A stretch of DNA of 64,000 nt from Bispira polyomma. Its lineage: Eukaryota. This document shows positions 40,425 through 54,700 of this stretch, one piece after another. Positions within the stretch are counted from its first letter, which is position 1; every line of letters starts with the position of its first letter. The notes beneath the pieces were generated by a model. That model did no database searches. It had not been told where the DNA came from and saw only the letters and a list, made by a program, of their open reading frames with translations. The stretch is taken from positions 100,502,001 through 100,566,000 of the forward strand of contig OZ287749.1 in NCBI GenBank assembly GCA_965649765.1. Direction: 5' to 3'. A program made the translations under genes and the position numbers.

Positions 40425-41829
40425 TGTACTATGTCATCAATTGAAGGGTATTTTAACTGGAATGTGATTTCGTCAAACACATCAGAAGGTATACCTGCGT
40501 TAACACTAGCACCTTTGGGCCAAGACAAGTCTACTATGATTCTTCTAGAGCCATCCGGCTTAGACCTGGACATAAGGGGAGAAATGTGCAACTGTTTAAA
40601 GGGAACCGGAGCTAATGGCCCAACCATTGCTTTATGTTCTATCTCAGTTTTAAAATAGGAGTCCACTGCCTTAGGATATTGAATTGCCGAAGAGTGGTTG
40701 TCTACACAAGTATTGTACTGGAAAGTATTCATGTCCAAAGAAAGAGGAAAACCGAACTCTAAGTAATCACAGACAATGAACAAGTCATAATCCTTTAAAT
40801 AATTTCTCCATGCTTTTATATTCAATTGGGAGGGAACCACGACCCTTGCGTCTTTGTAATTGGGCTTCCCTGTATTAGTGACTGTATTGTGGGCTTTGGA
40901 TATCCAATTAAGCATGTCACTACTATCCATAACCTGACGTGGAGCAACTTTTAATTGATAATCACAATGGGGATTTTCCACAGGTATGAAGCCCTTCAGC
41001 CATTCACTTACAGTAACCTGGCTAATTAACAATGAGTGAGAATCACTAGAACAAATAGGACCATTTATACTCGTGTCACCACCGACCCATGTATTGTGTA
41101 ATTGTTCTACTTCCCCAAATTGGCCCTGTTTAATAGCAATGAAGATATCGACTGATTGCTTGACTCGTTAACACTGACGTCAGACAGAGTGATTGACCAC
41201 TCACTAATTGTCAAAACATAAGAAGTGACATTAAATGTGTTTGCTCCTAACATGCTAACATTGACCATATTTGGACTTTGCCTATAATCCCTGACCTGGG
41301 GATCTGTCCCACCTGACATGCAATGCTCGACCTCAATGTAACTACTAAAATTATCATTGTCCTTGACACTGGCATACAAGCTATTCATAGACTTGCTGCT
41401 TACCACCCTCGAGTGGTTAAAAACACCATCACTCGTGTACGTAATACTTGTACTAGTATAGTCACACACTTTGAAATTGTTCATATTGTCTGTTTTACCA
41501 CTATTAGTATTATTAATCAACAACGAGTCAGCCACTGTACTGTGGTGCTCTGTAAATTGTTCAGGTTCATATCTATCAGTTACAATTTCCAAAGGATTTC
41601 CCTTAATATGAGATACAGCCTTAACCGCCTCCTCAGTGTAGCTAGCCAATTTAACTGGATTTAAATCAATTAAACACCACTTGCAATTACATGGACCTAA
41701 GTGTTGACTAGCCCAAAACGGGCTGCTTATTATATATCCGACATAAGAGCAGTGCTTTGAATTGTGGGAATTCTTAACGGGGGCTGTAGCCACAGGGCTG
41801 AGAAAAACGGTTTTCAGCCTATCAAACAT
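40425..41829 (-). pseudogene. pol N-terminal extension plus start of RT of copy 2
   Basis: PNYKDARVVVPSQLN..W..YL.DY...LEFGFPL, DNHSSA, SPLMSRSKPDGSRRIIVDLSWP. A stop and frame change separate 41107 from 41032. Confidence 0.85.
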
Positions 41830-43054
41830 GCTGAGTGGTTTTGCTTTCCACTTTTTCTACTTCTTTACTCCTCTCCTTACTTTTTCTATTACACTTAGCC
41901 TCTGAATGCTCGTAATTACGGTGTACAGTGCGGTAGCAATATCCACATGAATGTTTCAGTAGTTTGCTGCCCTCATAGTGATCAGCATTGAATTTGCAAG
42001 TACCCTTTGCATACTTATAGCAGATGTTCACCTTTGAAGCGTGGTCCGACTGACCTCCATTGTGGTTGGCACCACTGGCTGTATTATTAGACTTCAGAGC
42101 ACGTTGAGTGAACCTCGGAAGGATCCGGTCGATTTCGGTTAACTTGCTCCAGTCCACGTTGCCCCTTTCTATTTCTGACAAAATAGCGGCGTGGGCTCTT
42201 TTGGCCGTGGGCCAGGAAAGGTCGACTGCGTCTTGCATGAGCAAGTACTAGTATTCCAGCATATTACGACGCACCTGTTCATCCGTTTCTTGGAGGACGC
42301 ATCTGGCGAACCCTTGCACCCACTGAAACACGCTTAGATCTTCATAGGTGGGGAGCTTCATTTGATCGTTAATCATGCAATGCTCATGGGGCCATGCTAC
42401 CGCTACTTTAACCTTCTGATCTCCCAAACGATATCTACCCGACTTAATACCCCTATGCACAGTACCTGGCAGTTCGTCCCTAGACATGTCCTCATATCTC
42501 CGCAAGCAGCGGTCCACTTCTTCCTGTACATAGGAGTCCGACCTCAAGAACTCTAGAGAAGGCAGTTTCTGTGCTGAGTTCTTGCGAACCCCGCCACTAG
42601 GCTGCGCACGCGTCCTACCCTGGCGTTTGGGGGAGCTGTGAGCTGAGGGCTTCGAAGCTATGGAGAACTGACTGTCGCCCCGCAGTTCCTGCTCACTGAC
42701 TCGCTGCTCTAGCGCGGTAAATCTCTCCAGAACATGGCCCAGCTTCTTCATGATGTCTGCATTTCCGGTTTTCTTAGTAGTTACCTTTTTCTTTTTTGCT
42801 ACTACTGGCTCATCCTCGAGTGACAGGCTGCTATCAGAATGACCCTCAGATGACATATTGGGGTGCTGAGTAGAAGTACTAGGCACGGGTCTTTCTTTTG
42901 TCCTCACAGCAGACACTTCAGGGGCTGATGTTGACATGGTTATCCTTTGACACAGCTTGCCTACTGGTCCTGAGTGCACACACTTACAAACAATACACTT
43001 GTTCCGTTTGGAACTCCTGGTGTTATGCTGCTTAGGCGGCATTTTGAACCACAA
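41822..43054 (-). pseudogene. gag-like ORF of copy 2 with one in-frame TAG (42248-42250)
   Basis: ORFs 42248..43054 and 41822..42244 are in the same frame. CIVCKCVHSGPVGKLC, KSGRYRLGD..WPHEHC and CYKYAKGTC..H/HSCGYC..H..C match copy 1 gag. Confidence 0.87.
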
Positions 43055-44415
43055 ATATTAATTTAGCACAATAATCCAGTATCCAGTGTATATGACAGTA
43101 TTAAAAGGTAGTATATTTACAGTGTTAAAATTACTTGTTAAAAAAATTGTATAAGGTCCGTAAAATAGTTACACCAAATAATTTTTGTCCTACACCCACC
43201 AGGACTGAACTAAATGTGAAGGAGTCTGGGGCTTGTTTACCCCAAAACTGGACATTTTGGCAGGAAACCTTTGTGTTGTGTTTTAATGAGTATTACTGTA
43301 TGTGGGGGGGGGGGGCCCACTGCTTGACATTCAAATACATGGAGTTTGCTTAAGAGTGTCCTGAATGCAGGTGACTCTTTGTTTTCTAAACCCAGCTATG
43401 GGTGTATATGTTTAATAAGTGCCAACTTGTTTGCTGGAAACCCTGTCAAGGGTTATATGTCAAATAAGTTGGGCAACTGAGACCTGATGCTGACAAATTT
43501 CATAATGCACGCATTCAACTTAATTCAATTTTTATACAAGTACTTAAGTACTTCAGCAGCTGAGGCCAGCAAATGTAACTTGGACGTCTCCCGACAGCCA
43601 ATTATGCAGCTGCTTACAATGTACAGAATCTGTCAAAAAGGGTTAGTAACTAGACTAATTGGGCACTCATAACTTATCGCCTTGAATTCCATAAGATTTC
43701 AGTTCAGAGAGGAGCTAGATAGAAAAGCTACCATTATTTTTTTGAGGAGGATTTTCTTTCATTGTTTAAAAAACCATTTTCTACTGGTGTACTAAATATG
43801 TACAATCTACTAAAAACTGCTTTTAATTCTCCATTGAAGGATTACATCGTTTAATCATTGAATAATAGCATTCTTTCAATCTCTGCACATTAGTTTTTAT
43901 ACACTATTGTAGAATTTATTCCATCTATTTTCTGAAGCCACTAAAGCTTACATAGGCTTGCTTAGCCTTTCTTTACGGCTCACATTCTCCCAGGGAAGTA
44001 TCGTCATTGGCACAAATTCAAAGGAAACATTTTGTCCGTAAAGTTTTTTAATACAATTCAGACAGCCAGAAATTCTCAAATTTTTATTAGCATATATGAT
44101 AAAACTGGAGCTGTTGCCAAAAGGGGACTAGGAGGTGGCTTCAGCTTTGTATTAATTATAGAAGTGATGTATATGTGCCGACAATAGTACACGTATATAA
44201 GCCAGCATCAGGTGCTCTCACTCCTAAAGGTTAGTAGACGTAGATCATGTTAATAAAGTTCAGCAGTAACTGTGAGTTATTAAGCCATTCATCCAGTGCA
44301 GGGAAATCCATCTCAATATAGTGGTGCAATGCAGGGGGGGGGGGGGGGGGGGGGAAAGAGGTGGTTTTCCTCTGCTGAAGACAAGTGTTACATATAGAGT
44401 CCATAATTATAATGT

Positions 44416-44780
44416 GGGGCTCCTACTATAGCGAGTTAGAAAAACGATGCTTGTGCGTGTATGGCGATTAGCCGGTCGCACAAACATCCCTCAATGTAAG
44501 CAGTATACAAATTTGAACCCACAGTCATTTCCGGTTAAAATTCTGGTAAGCGATCTCCACGGCCATTGTCGAAAGTTAGAAAAAAACTTAAATTAAATTC
44601 TGCACTGAATGTGGCACAACAGAGGCATCGCTATACATTCCTCCATATGTAACATGATCTGACAGGCTGCAATTAGAAACAGGATTTCATGGACGATGAA
44701 GGCACATTATCACTGCGGCAAATACGCGCTCAGTAAGCAGTGAAAATCGCAAGGCGGACGTTACAGTGGGAGCCGCCCAT
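44416..44780. mobile_element. Degenerate Harbinger-like MITE
   Basis: ggggctcctactatagcg vs reverse complement ggcggctcccactgtaacg. CpG-rich interior. Confidence 0.45.
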
Positions 44781-45518
44781 TAATCATACCACAGCAGTGA
44801 AGTTTAGCTATTGGCCAAAATCCTATGTAACAGTTGAGATGGTGTTTTTTTAATTTTCCAGTGGTAGATGTACCAAAGTAAACAACTCAACCCATTGAAA
44901 CGATTACCTTTTTACATGTCAATAATCAAGCCTCAAAAAACCGAACATGAAAGGACAATCTGATTAGAGCCAGCTTTTGTTGGGCAGATCCTTTTGCAGA
45001 GAGGCATGCTTTTTTCCATGCTTTTATGAGCTTGGAGTTATTGATTTCCACGGTTTACCATTTTCATACACCACATACACTCAATGACCTCCGCCAGGTC
45101 TATATATACAGTCTCTATAGGAAAAAATGTAGGATTGCTAATTTATGCTGTTATTATCGGATTGATTTTGTGCAAATATCATTGGGTGTTATTAGCCCAT
45201 GCGAAGATCTCTTCTAATCATCGAATAACATGTATACTACTCTGAAAGGCATTTCAGATTAGAATCAAATCATCTCTTGTGAAGGGATGAAAAATGTCAG
45301 ATAACAAGATTTATTGAGTTTTAGTTTTAAGAAAAATGCAAGGGATAATTACTTTCAAAGGGGTAGGACATCAAAGATAACAGGTATAAAGAAAAACTAA
45401 GTGTATTTATCTGGTAAACTAAAACAACTCCATATTTTATTGATGAAAGACAAATGCAAAATATTATACATAACTAATGTACTTTCCATATATCAGTGAA
45501 TTTATATAACAACAGTAT

Positions 45519-45562
<44 letters not shown>

Positions 45563-48500
45563 TTTACGTACTAGCCTATATAAGCCCCATGCTGGTCACA
45601 TATTTACACAACAGTTTATGAGGGAGGGAATTAGCCTATATCCATACTATGAAGTAATCCAATGATATATATTTGTATTATATACACACAGGCTTAGGAT
45701 TCATATAGCACTCACAACAGTTACCAATAATACACTGTGCTAACAATACAAACTAATGTCTAGATCTTGCAGGCTATTACTACACTATTCACATTGTCTC
45801 AAGAGTCACACAATTACCACAGTGATAGAATTACATGTACCAAGAAAAACAAGAGTAAATGACATATAAAAAACCTGGACATAATAATAAATTTTAAGGA
45901 ATATTAGGGATTGAAAAAAAAGGCAACCAATTTTACACCAGCTAAAAATGAATTACACTTTAGGGGTTTATATCTGTAATACCTAAACTACAACATGATT
46001 TTACAAATGTAATATGTCTCTCTTTTTTGTAGTGATTTACATTATTTAGCAGTGTTGTACCTTTAATCTACTTGACATCACTGGTATATTGTGTGTAAAC
46101 CGTACATATTATGACATTTTTCATTGAAACCAAATTTACAATCAACTTTTCTATACAGGAAACACAACTCTAAACAAAAGGGCTTTAAAATAAAGGACTT
46201 TAATAAATATCCTGGAACGGTGTTTCTTTCAACCTCTCAAACACCATATAAATTATTCATCGACATTAATTCTAAAACACGCACAACTTCCCATTCATTT
46301 ATACCCAGCAAATGTGTCTTTCGTACTACAGTAGAAAAAAAATTGTGCCGCTTTCCGAGCTTTTGTTATGCAATGACACTACGATATACCTAAGCACTGT
46401 GAACAATGAATATTTCAAGTGTTTACCCTTGCACCACCTACTAAACCCATCAACAGATTACTGCGGTCTTTTCTTCATCAAATACTAATATTTTTAGCAG
46501 AAGCTTTTAGTAGGAAGCTGTGTAGTACAAGATCTGGATATTTATAATACCAAATAAGTGACCACTACAGAAGACTGTTTCTCCAAACGCCACTGAAGAC
46601 ATTGCTCCGCTTTGGATAAATGGATAAATAAACAACACATGACCTGGCAGTCAGAGTGTCAAATGGGCAACACTCGGGAGATTTTACTGGTTTTTTAAAT
46701 TTCCATATTCACTTATTAGATTACAAATCGGCTTTTATAACACATATAAACGCTTGACAAATAAAATAAATTACACACATTTGAATAGAAAAGACAGAGG
46801 TGTTTGTTGCTTGTGGTGCTTTATGTTATGAAATTTAATCCAATCTTAGAATATTTTGGGAAAATTCCTTGGTTTAATGCTCAGAAAGCTGATTGTCACA
46901 AGGAACATGCTTTAAAAATCCAATTTACAGAAGGTTAGATAACTGGACTTTGTTCTGTATTTTACGTAACATACGCATACATTGATTCTTTGGGGGTGCT
47001 GATTGTGACGAGAAAAACTTTCAATATATATATATTGATAAGTGATCCACGTCATTGACATTATATCATCGAAATGCCAGTGTTTGATGTATATAAACAG
47101 GCCTCTTACATAGACTTATAACAGAAAGGAATATATTGACAGTATATTGGCAGGTGTGTGAAGAGCGGTGGGGTGCCTTTGTGGATTAGTTAAGTCAATG
47201 CCATGGCCACATAGTCAGTGCCTTCACAAATTGCTCTTCCTTGAACTCATTTGATCATAATATCCCCCACAACCGACACACCAGTCTACATACATCAATA
47301 GCTTGGCCTTAACTTCAGAGGTTCTAGTAGAGACATTCTTCTATACATAAGCCCATTTTGTGAAACAGCCAAACAAAAAAAAGAGGGGGGGGGGGGGGGG
47401 AGGGGGAGTTTCCTAGAGCAGAAGGCATTATTTATTAACCATTGATCACCAGTGGAACACTTAGACCACAATCACAAACACTTTTAATTGCAGTAGATTG
47501 ACAAGTGGGAGGGGTGGAGGGGGGGGGGGGAGGTCAGAGAAATTGTTTTGTAAAAAGGATCCACCATGGCAATCAAGCTTTGGTGGTGGTGGGCTTGACT
47601 AGAAGGCCTGGATTTAAGGCTAAGCCTTAAACACATGCTGCAATCTATCACCACCAGATTTCCTTTATTTCACAGCCTGTTTGTTCAGACACTCACACTA
47701 AATAACTATAAGCCTACTGACTACTGTATATATATATATATATATACCTAGTGGTTTGCCTACACAAAAACAGTGGTGGGGGGGAGGGAGTAAAGGAAAG
47801 GGGGGGGGGGACAGTTCAGATGTAGGGTGTGGGGGGGGGGGAGGTGTCTATAACTTTATGGAATATCAGTCCACAATTTATTGCCATTTCTAACAAAAGG
47901 CCATCCTATTGACTCTGCACAACCAAAGCTTATTCAGTTTTCTCTCTCCCACTCGCTCTCTCTCGGACCGACCGTCTGCTGCATTATTGAACAAGCCGGG
48001 TGTAATTAATTTTACAGCTCAATACCGAAATCATTAAGAGGCAAAACGATTAATGGACAACACCATACACTGGCTGTTTTTTCTTTTCTTCTAATCATAT
48101 CTAAAAACGGGGTGAAAGGAGGCAGACAAGAGAGAAAAGATATAAAAACAAACGTTAGTTCCTTCGGTTTTGCAATTACTTGATTTCATTCATTCTTCCT
48201 TTTTTCTCTCTTCATAGTCATAAAAAAAGAACATTTTCGCCAAGAAGAAATATAGCTTGTCATATAAGGCTGCTGTTAACTAGATACCAGGTCGTTTTTT
48301 GGTCACTTTGTAGACGAGTGTTTTTTTTTAACATATTAAAGTGTATTATTAACACAAGTCAGTGTGTGTAATCTATTCAGACTATAAACCACTGATTACC
48401 ACTACAAACCAATGTTTTTAACATCTACAGTTTCTACCAAAACCCCCAAAAATAATAAAAAACAGAGATTGTTTTATATTCTTATTCTTAAGTGACTCTG

Positions 48501-48817
48501 TCTGCACCAATACAACACACACAATAAGACACCCCCCTCAGACAAAAACGGTCTTCCCCCCATATATGTATATTTTTAACATGGATATACACCTACTAAA
48601 TAATAATCACCACCACGTTGACAGTTTAATAAATATTAAAAAAAAAGAGTTCACATGTTCAAGCTTCGGTTTTTAGGAATAAAAAAAAAGCACTTCTACT
48701 AAGTTTACAGCTTCACACACAAGAGAAACACTCTAACTTGTTACAGGGAGGAAGTGACAGACAGACAGATACTTGTGAGAAAAACGTGTAAGTTAAGAGG
48801 TTTTATATTTACTAATA

Positions 48818-49042
48818 GAGTAAGGATCTAAAATTCACCACTGCATCTGAAATTCGCCACCTAGAAAATCTCGTGTTTTTGGTTGAATTGTGGGGCAATA
48901 TTTGCCAAAATGGAAACTTTTGTGACTATTTTGCCTCACTTCCCTAAATTCAAGTTTTTTTTCGAACATTTCCATTGATTTGCATTAAAATTTTAGGGGT
49001 GGCGAATTTCAGATACAGTGGCGAATTCTAGATTCCTTACTG
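48818..49042. mobile_element. Tc1/mariner-type MITE
   Basis: ~45-bp TIRs (agtaagga.tcta.aattc.ccactg.atctgaaattcgccacc) flanked by TA. Confidence 0.85.
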
Positions 49043-51219
49043 TATCTGCTACTTGCACCGTTTTTTACTACAGAAAGAAAAGCAGATAAACATAGACAGA
49101 TTTAATAGAAGACAGTTATAGCTATTATAACTCAATGAAAGAGAAACTAATGAGTCATAAAAAAATTTGTCAACAATGAAAAAAATACCCACATAAATAA
49201 ACCCAAACATTTTTCTACGTTATGTCTTTGTGTACCAAATTACCAATGTACATTTACCACTTTATTTTTCCTAGGTATTTCATCACTTATTTTACAGACG
49301 TAGCCATATTTCTACAAGCCTCAACAACAAAAAACCCATATTGGCACATATGGGGCCATATTGACAAACACGTATGTCTCAATCACTCAAGTTTAAATAT
49401 GTTTAAACTAGAAAACACACTATATACAATCCAATGCCCTTTTTTAAACTGGCCCTAAAACCTACGTGCACCATCTCACAATGGCCGCGTTTTCACGTAC
49501 CCGATGGTCAATAGCCGACACCGATGCTATCACATCAATTGATTTTGATATAAAATGTTTCATGCATCTCCCACACCCACCGATCCTATTGCCCTAAGCT
49601 GCAAAAACAAAACAAAGTCTCCATGTTAGCCTTGTGAACAAACGAAAAAAAAAAAAATTTCTTTTTTTTTAACATAAAATATTTGATTCTTGACAAAACC
49701 CGGCTACTAAAATCGCACACATCGAAAACACACCACAATCTTCTGTCAGCTATCTGTCAAGTTTACTACCTAAAGACATAGGTTATTTATTTTAGCAGAC
49801 TGACTTTCTTCTAGCACTAAGCAAAGTAAATATGTAGTGAGGTTTTGTTTTTTAGAATTTTTATTTTTTTTGGTGTACTTGTAGATAAAGCAAGAGTTTC
49901 ACAAATGCAGTCCCTCTTGTCTCTCAATTTCTTCTGCGGAACAAATTTTAGTTTTAGCACAGCATTGGGGTTCCCCCCCCCCCCCCCCCCCCCACTTTTT
50001 TTGAAGGAAGATATTGCTCCCTGAGAGGACTTTGATTTAGATTTAATGTCTCTGCAACATGATATATAGATTATAGGATATTGCCAATCTCTATGATATT
50101 ATAGACTATTGTAAATCCATATATATCTACCAAGATTGACTGAGACTTGATCATATATGTTAATATTTTTTTGTGATTGTAAACATCTTAAGCTATTATC
50201 CTGTGAAACACTCTCAAAAAAGATCAATGTAAACCGAGGATCAAAGAGAGTTGTGTGTCTACAGGGGATCTCCAAACCTGACAAATCTAAATAGAACAAA
50301 TTCAAAGCTTTATCCAAGGACCATTAGCTCTGCACAAACCCATCTATTTTGTTATAGATTATACATTGAGGCTCATCATAATTATGGGTTTTTTGTAAGA
50401 AGATTTTTTTTTTGGCAACCAAATAGATAACCTAGAATTGCTGTTAAGCTATCTATCTGTAACTAGTGTAATGAAATGTAAAAGATTACGACATAGATTA
50501 ATCTCAATTACCTTGCTAGGAGAGAAAAAATTACAAATTTAACAGATTTGTTGAAGATTTACTACACCGGTATATACAATTACTAGTGGTTTGTGCAAAC
50601 TAGCGCAAGGCAAATATACAACAAGTGAGTCAAACATTTAGAAGGGGAAGACTTTATCAGAAGTACACGTATTTCATCATTTTCATGTTTCATGTGAGTT
50701 CAAATAGAAAAGTTCCACTCTCCTCTTGCATCATTCTGCTAAATATAGTAACTAAATTTGAGGAAAGACGACATCAAAACTTGCCTCGTCATAACTCGCC
50801 TGGCACTAGCTTGCAAAGACCTCAACAGACACTTAACTCCTCAGTATCTGATCCCCAGTACAGTTTACTAAAATACTGCCTAGTACTGAGATCTACACAC
50901 AGTACCAGGATGTAATTTGTCGTCATTATATATACGCCTACTCGGTGTCTAATGTATATATACCTAGTGTATATAGCTTTGAGAAACATACCATTTCTGT
51001 ACCACAAAAAAAACCCCAGAAATTACTTCTATTATCATATAATCATGATGATAGTAATGATGATAGTAATTAGTAACTTCTATTATAATATAATAATGAT
51101 GATAGTAATTAGTAACAAGACAATGGGACATCTATATAAATAATGATTTCATAGCACTTTTATTATCACTTTATGTTAAGAACAGCCAGTTCAGACACAT
51201 AATCTACGCTTGGTTTATA

Positions 51220-51407
51220 CAGCAGAACCTCTATTATCTGACTTCAATTTTGTCCCAATATCCGAACAAGTTTCGACTCTCCCACAAATTTATGTTTTGC
51301 TACTGTTTTATACAATAAAAAGTCTCCCATTCTGTTTAATGAACCTTCTATGATCTGAAAAAACTCTTGCTCTTTCCAACATGTTCAGATAATAGAGGTT
51401 CTACTTG
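51220..51407. mobile_element. pogo/Tigger-like MITE
   Basis: TA-cagcagaacctctattatctga ... tcagataatagaggttctacttg. Confidence 0.8.
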
Positions 51408-51700
51408 TCATACTCGGAGAAAATTACACACAGTTTACAACTGAAATTTTCCTACACAACAACTGAGTCCCCACAACACACACACACACATTAGGTCAGA
51501 CACAATTCCTGGATACTAATATATATATATATATATTCAGTGTCCTGTCTAACTCAGTTTTTCAATGGACCCAACATGGTCACACTTTACAGGACCAAGT
51601 GGTCATTTCTTTCCAAATACCCCCAGTGGCCAATCTCGACAGGAATCCCAGTACAGTTATTCTGCGTTAACAAGTGTCTAACAATTCAATGCTTTTTTTG

Positions 51701-51753
51701 TCAGTGTTTTGCGGAGGAAGACTGCGGAGAATGTTGCATCATGGGAACTGGAC
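51701..51753 (-). CDS. ZNF608: Probable terminal coding exon of the ZNF608/609-like gene (GPVPMMQHSPQSSSAKH*)
   Basis: Polypyrimidine acceptor gttttgtttttgcattcatag|GT CCA GTT... is phase-1 compatible with the 55043 donor. It gives 16 sense codons and TGA at 51703-51701. Confidence 0.7.
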
Positions 51754-54700
51754 CTATGAATGCAAAAACAAAACATGGGAGACATGTATTTAAAATGAGT
51801 CCGTGCAGAATAATGATCTATACATGTTTACAAGGCATAGGACAGACACCATGGGACCGTGAGACCACAAGATCGATAAGACCAACACCATAAGACCGTG
51901 AGACCACACCAACCTTGAATCTGTTTAAGTTTTAAAAAATATAATAAGACATACATCTTATTTTTATAAGCATTATAAATTTATAATTTGACAGAATTTA
52001 AAACACAGTTGCTTCTGGCAATGCACTTTCTATTATAATTGGTGCTATTTTGTTTTATATACGAGTAAACCACACACATTCTGTAATTGTATGATATGCA
52101 TGGCCGTGTTAAATTAATCAAATATGACAGTTCTTATTGTCAAATATAATAGACTAATATCGAAAATAATCATGAAACTAGACACATTTTTTTCTGTTTA
52201 AAAATAAAATAAAATAAGTGGCTTACATATATATATATCATATCTGCACATGTATTGTGTTATTCAAATGACACACTGTAAATAATGTATCAATCAAAAC
52301 TTTAAAATTTCAGGGTATCTCTGCTCAATTATTTCAAAAAGTATTTTCACGATTATTTCACATACTCATGACACGGCATTACAAATTTTGTTCACCAGTG
52401 GACTGAATAAAAAAATCGAGCTTGCCAATAGTACCAATAAAAACATGGAGCTTTTGCATTACATATTTTACACTGCTGACATAGGCCTTCTGGGTTTTTT
52501 TTTAAGGATATTACACACAAACAAATGATTACATCCACCGATTTTCGTGCCAATACCAATGGTGGGGGCCCGCTTGCTCTATGTGTAATAAAAGGAGCAC
52601 AGATGCAGAATAAAACGTGTGCTTTGTCATAAATGTGCTCGATTATTTCTGTACTTGGTCGAATCTGTAGCCAAATAGGCGGACTGAGCTGGCTTGTGAA
52701 AAGAAGATTGGCAATTTTTACCAGGAGCTCTCAAACCACATTTACATAGAGTGGTGGCATCAATCCTAGCTAGCTAGCTCTCTCGGAGGCCTGCAGGGGG
52801 GAGAAGCTAGTGACTAAACAGAGTGGGTGTGTGTTTGGATGAATACAATGTAAGGTTAAGGTCAGCCTTAAACTGGTACTGTAAAACACCTTAAAATGAA
52901 GTAATTATGTAAAAGATGTCATATATTGTTAGCAAACCAGACCTCTAGTTTCCTCTAAAACATTTATTTATAAGAAATTACCAGAAAATGAGTTGAGATT
53001 TTGGTATAAACCCATTTTTTTTTCACACTACAACTTAACAGCGTCGTTTGTTCAGAAAATAGATCAAGCACCAGGTATAAGACACCAAAAGTTTAGTATT
53101 TATACAAACATCTGTCATATTTTTTTAATGAACATGATTTTTTGTTTTGTATAAGAGCCGTGACATATTTAAACTGATGTCACTGAAAATACAAGTAAAA
53201 CTTGTTTTTGCAAGCGCTCCTTCTTAAAACTAGGGATTATTCATGAGGGTCCACGGGTAGGAAAGCCAGTTAAACCACTGATTAGAAGTCTACTTTACAG
53301 TGGGGACGACTGCTGCTTGGTTACGCTGGTACCACGTCTTAGAGACCACAAAGAAAATAAAGGACTTTTCTACGAGACTTTAGCTTTATTACAACATCTC
53401 CCCTCTGATGTCATCAAATTTGAAAATAAAATTCTTAGTGCTAAAGTACTTTAAATAGTTTTTGCCAATTTACAAACAAAAACATAATTATATAGTAAAT
53501 TGTAAATGTAATTTTTGTTGATGTGTGATCACACGTTTTCTTTTTTTTATTATAGACTTTAAGCTAGTTGTAATAAAGAGATTTTCTCCCCTGCAAAGCT
53601 TCCAAATAAAAAAAGGCGACTTAATAATGGCCCCAGTCAGGCAGCCTCCCCTGAAAATATAGCCCGAGACAGAAAATCAATGCTCTAAAGTAATATGAAG
53701 TGAATACTTAAGAATTCCTACAAGTATTGTAAGGAATCGAGAAATTCTGCCTCATTCAAAAAGTTAATGTCACATACGGGGGACATATGTTTAATTTTAA
53801 GGCTTGAATCAAAGTCTTATTTTTTTGAATGGAAGAAAAATGGTATACGTTTTTTTATGTAAACCAGGTGAAAAATGATAAATAAATTATTTGGTAGGTT
53901 TGTGCTTATGTGCAAGAAGTTTGTGGCAAGTTTTCGGGACTTTACATTAACCTTTAAGCAGGGCAGGAGTCGGGGCGCAACTGAATTAGCAAACAGGGTA
54001 AAATTTATCGATAACAGAATTTGAAGCTAACACTTACACAGAATGACAAGATATGAAATATTCATCTTACAATTTCAGCTCAGACGGAGGAGTGTTAAAG
54101 GTCATGTGTGACTCTATATAATAAGGGGGTGTCTCCAATACACTCGAGTCTTTTGTGGAGAAATCTTCACTGGGCCTACACTTAGAAACCTGGCCTCTGG
54201 GGTTGTATTTGAGTCTAAACTTTCTACTCTACTGGTTCAGTCCAAACAAAACGATATGAGTAGAACAAGTTAGAATTGACATTGACTTGAATAGTGTTAA
54301 CTATCTCCTGGTGTAATATACTTTATTCCTGTGAACCTAGAACATTGATTCTGCCTCTTTAAATTTCTATTATTATTTGAAAGTGGACCAGGTATAAAAA
54401 TATAATTGGCATGACTTTTTATGCAAATGAAATGTAAATGTACGATTAAATGACATTAGAATGACTTAAAAAAAAATGTTTGGACCCCGTATTCTGTAAC
54501 TAATTTTATCAATAATGAAGGGTTGTCAAATAGATCTTTTCTTCAAAAATTAATCAAGGTTACCATGAATGAAGGTCTTGGCGAAACTTAATACACACTC
54601 ATTACATAAAAATATACAAAATAAAAATATGCATGTATAAATAATTTGACTCATAGAGTTGGGGGAAAAAACCGCAAACATTCTTAAATTCTCTTTAGTT

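Larger units (their letters stand above)
40425..43100 (-). mobile_element. Second, divergent Ngaro-like YR retrotransposon, 3'-truncated
   Basis: gag and N-terminal pol are homologous to copy 1 at protein level. RT stops after YPSIDDIV near 40425; no RNase H or YR follows. Confidence 0.88.
45420..51700 (-). other. Putative long 3' UTR of the ZNF608/609-like gene
   Basis: Follows the predicted stop, is U/GU-rich on the minus strand and has no coding signal. Minus-strand AATAAA at 51159-51164, 45436-45441 and 45310-45315. The end point is a guess. Confidence 0.4.

Noticed and set aside
42248-42250. TAG in copy 2 gag as programmed readthrough
   Set aside because: It lies mid-domain where copy 1 has a sense codon, and the element is otherwise decayed, so it is a nonsense mutation.
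53290-53345. Possible alternative exon after a taag acceptor (RGTSVTKQQSSPL*)
   Set aside because: That frame is not phase-compatible with the 55043 donor; the compatible frame stops after 5 codons. No support.
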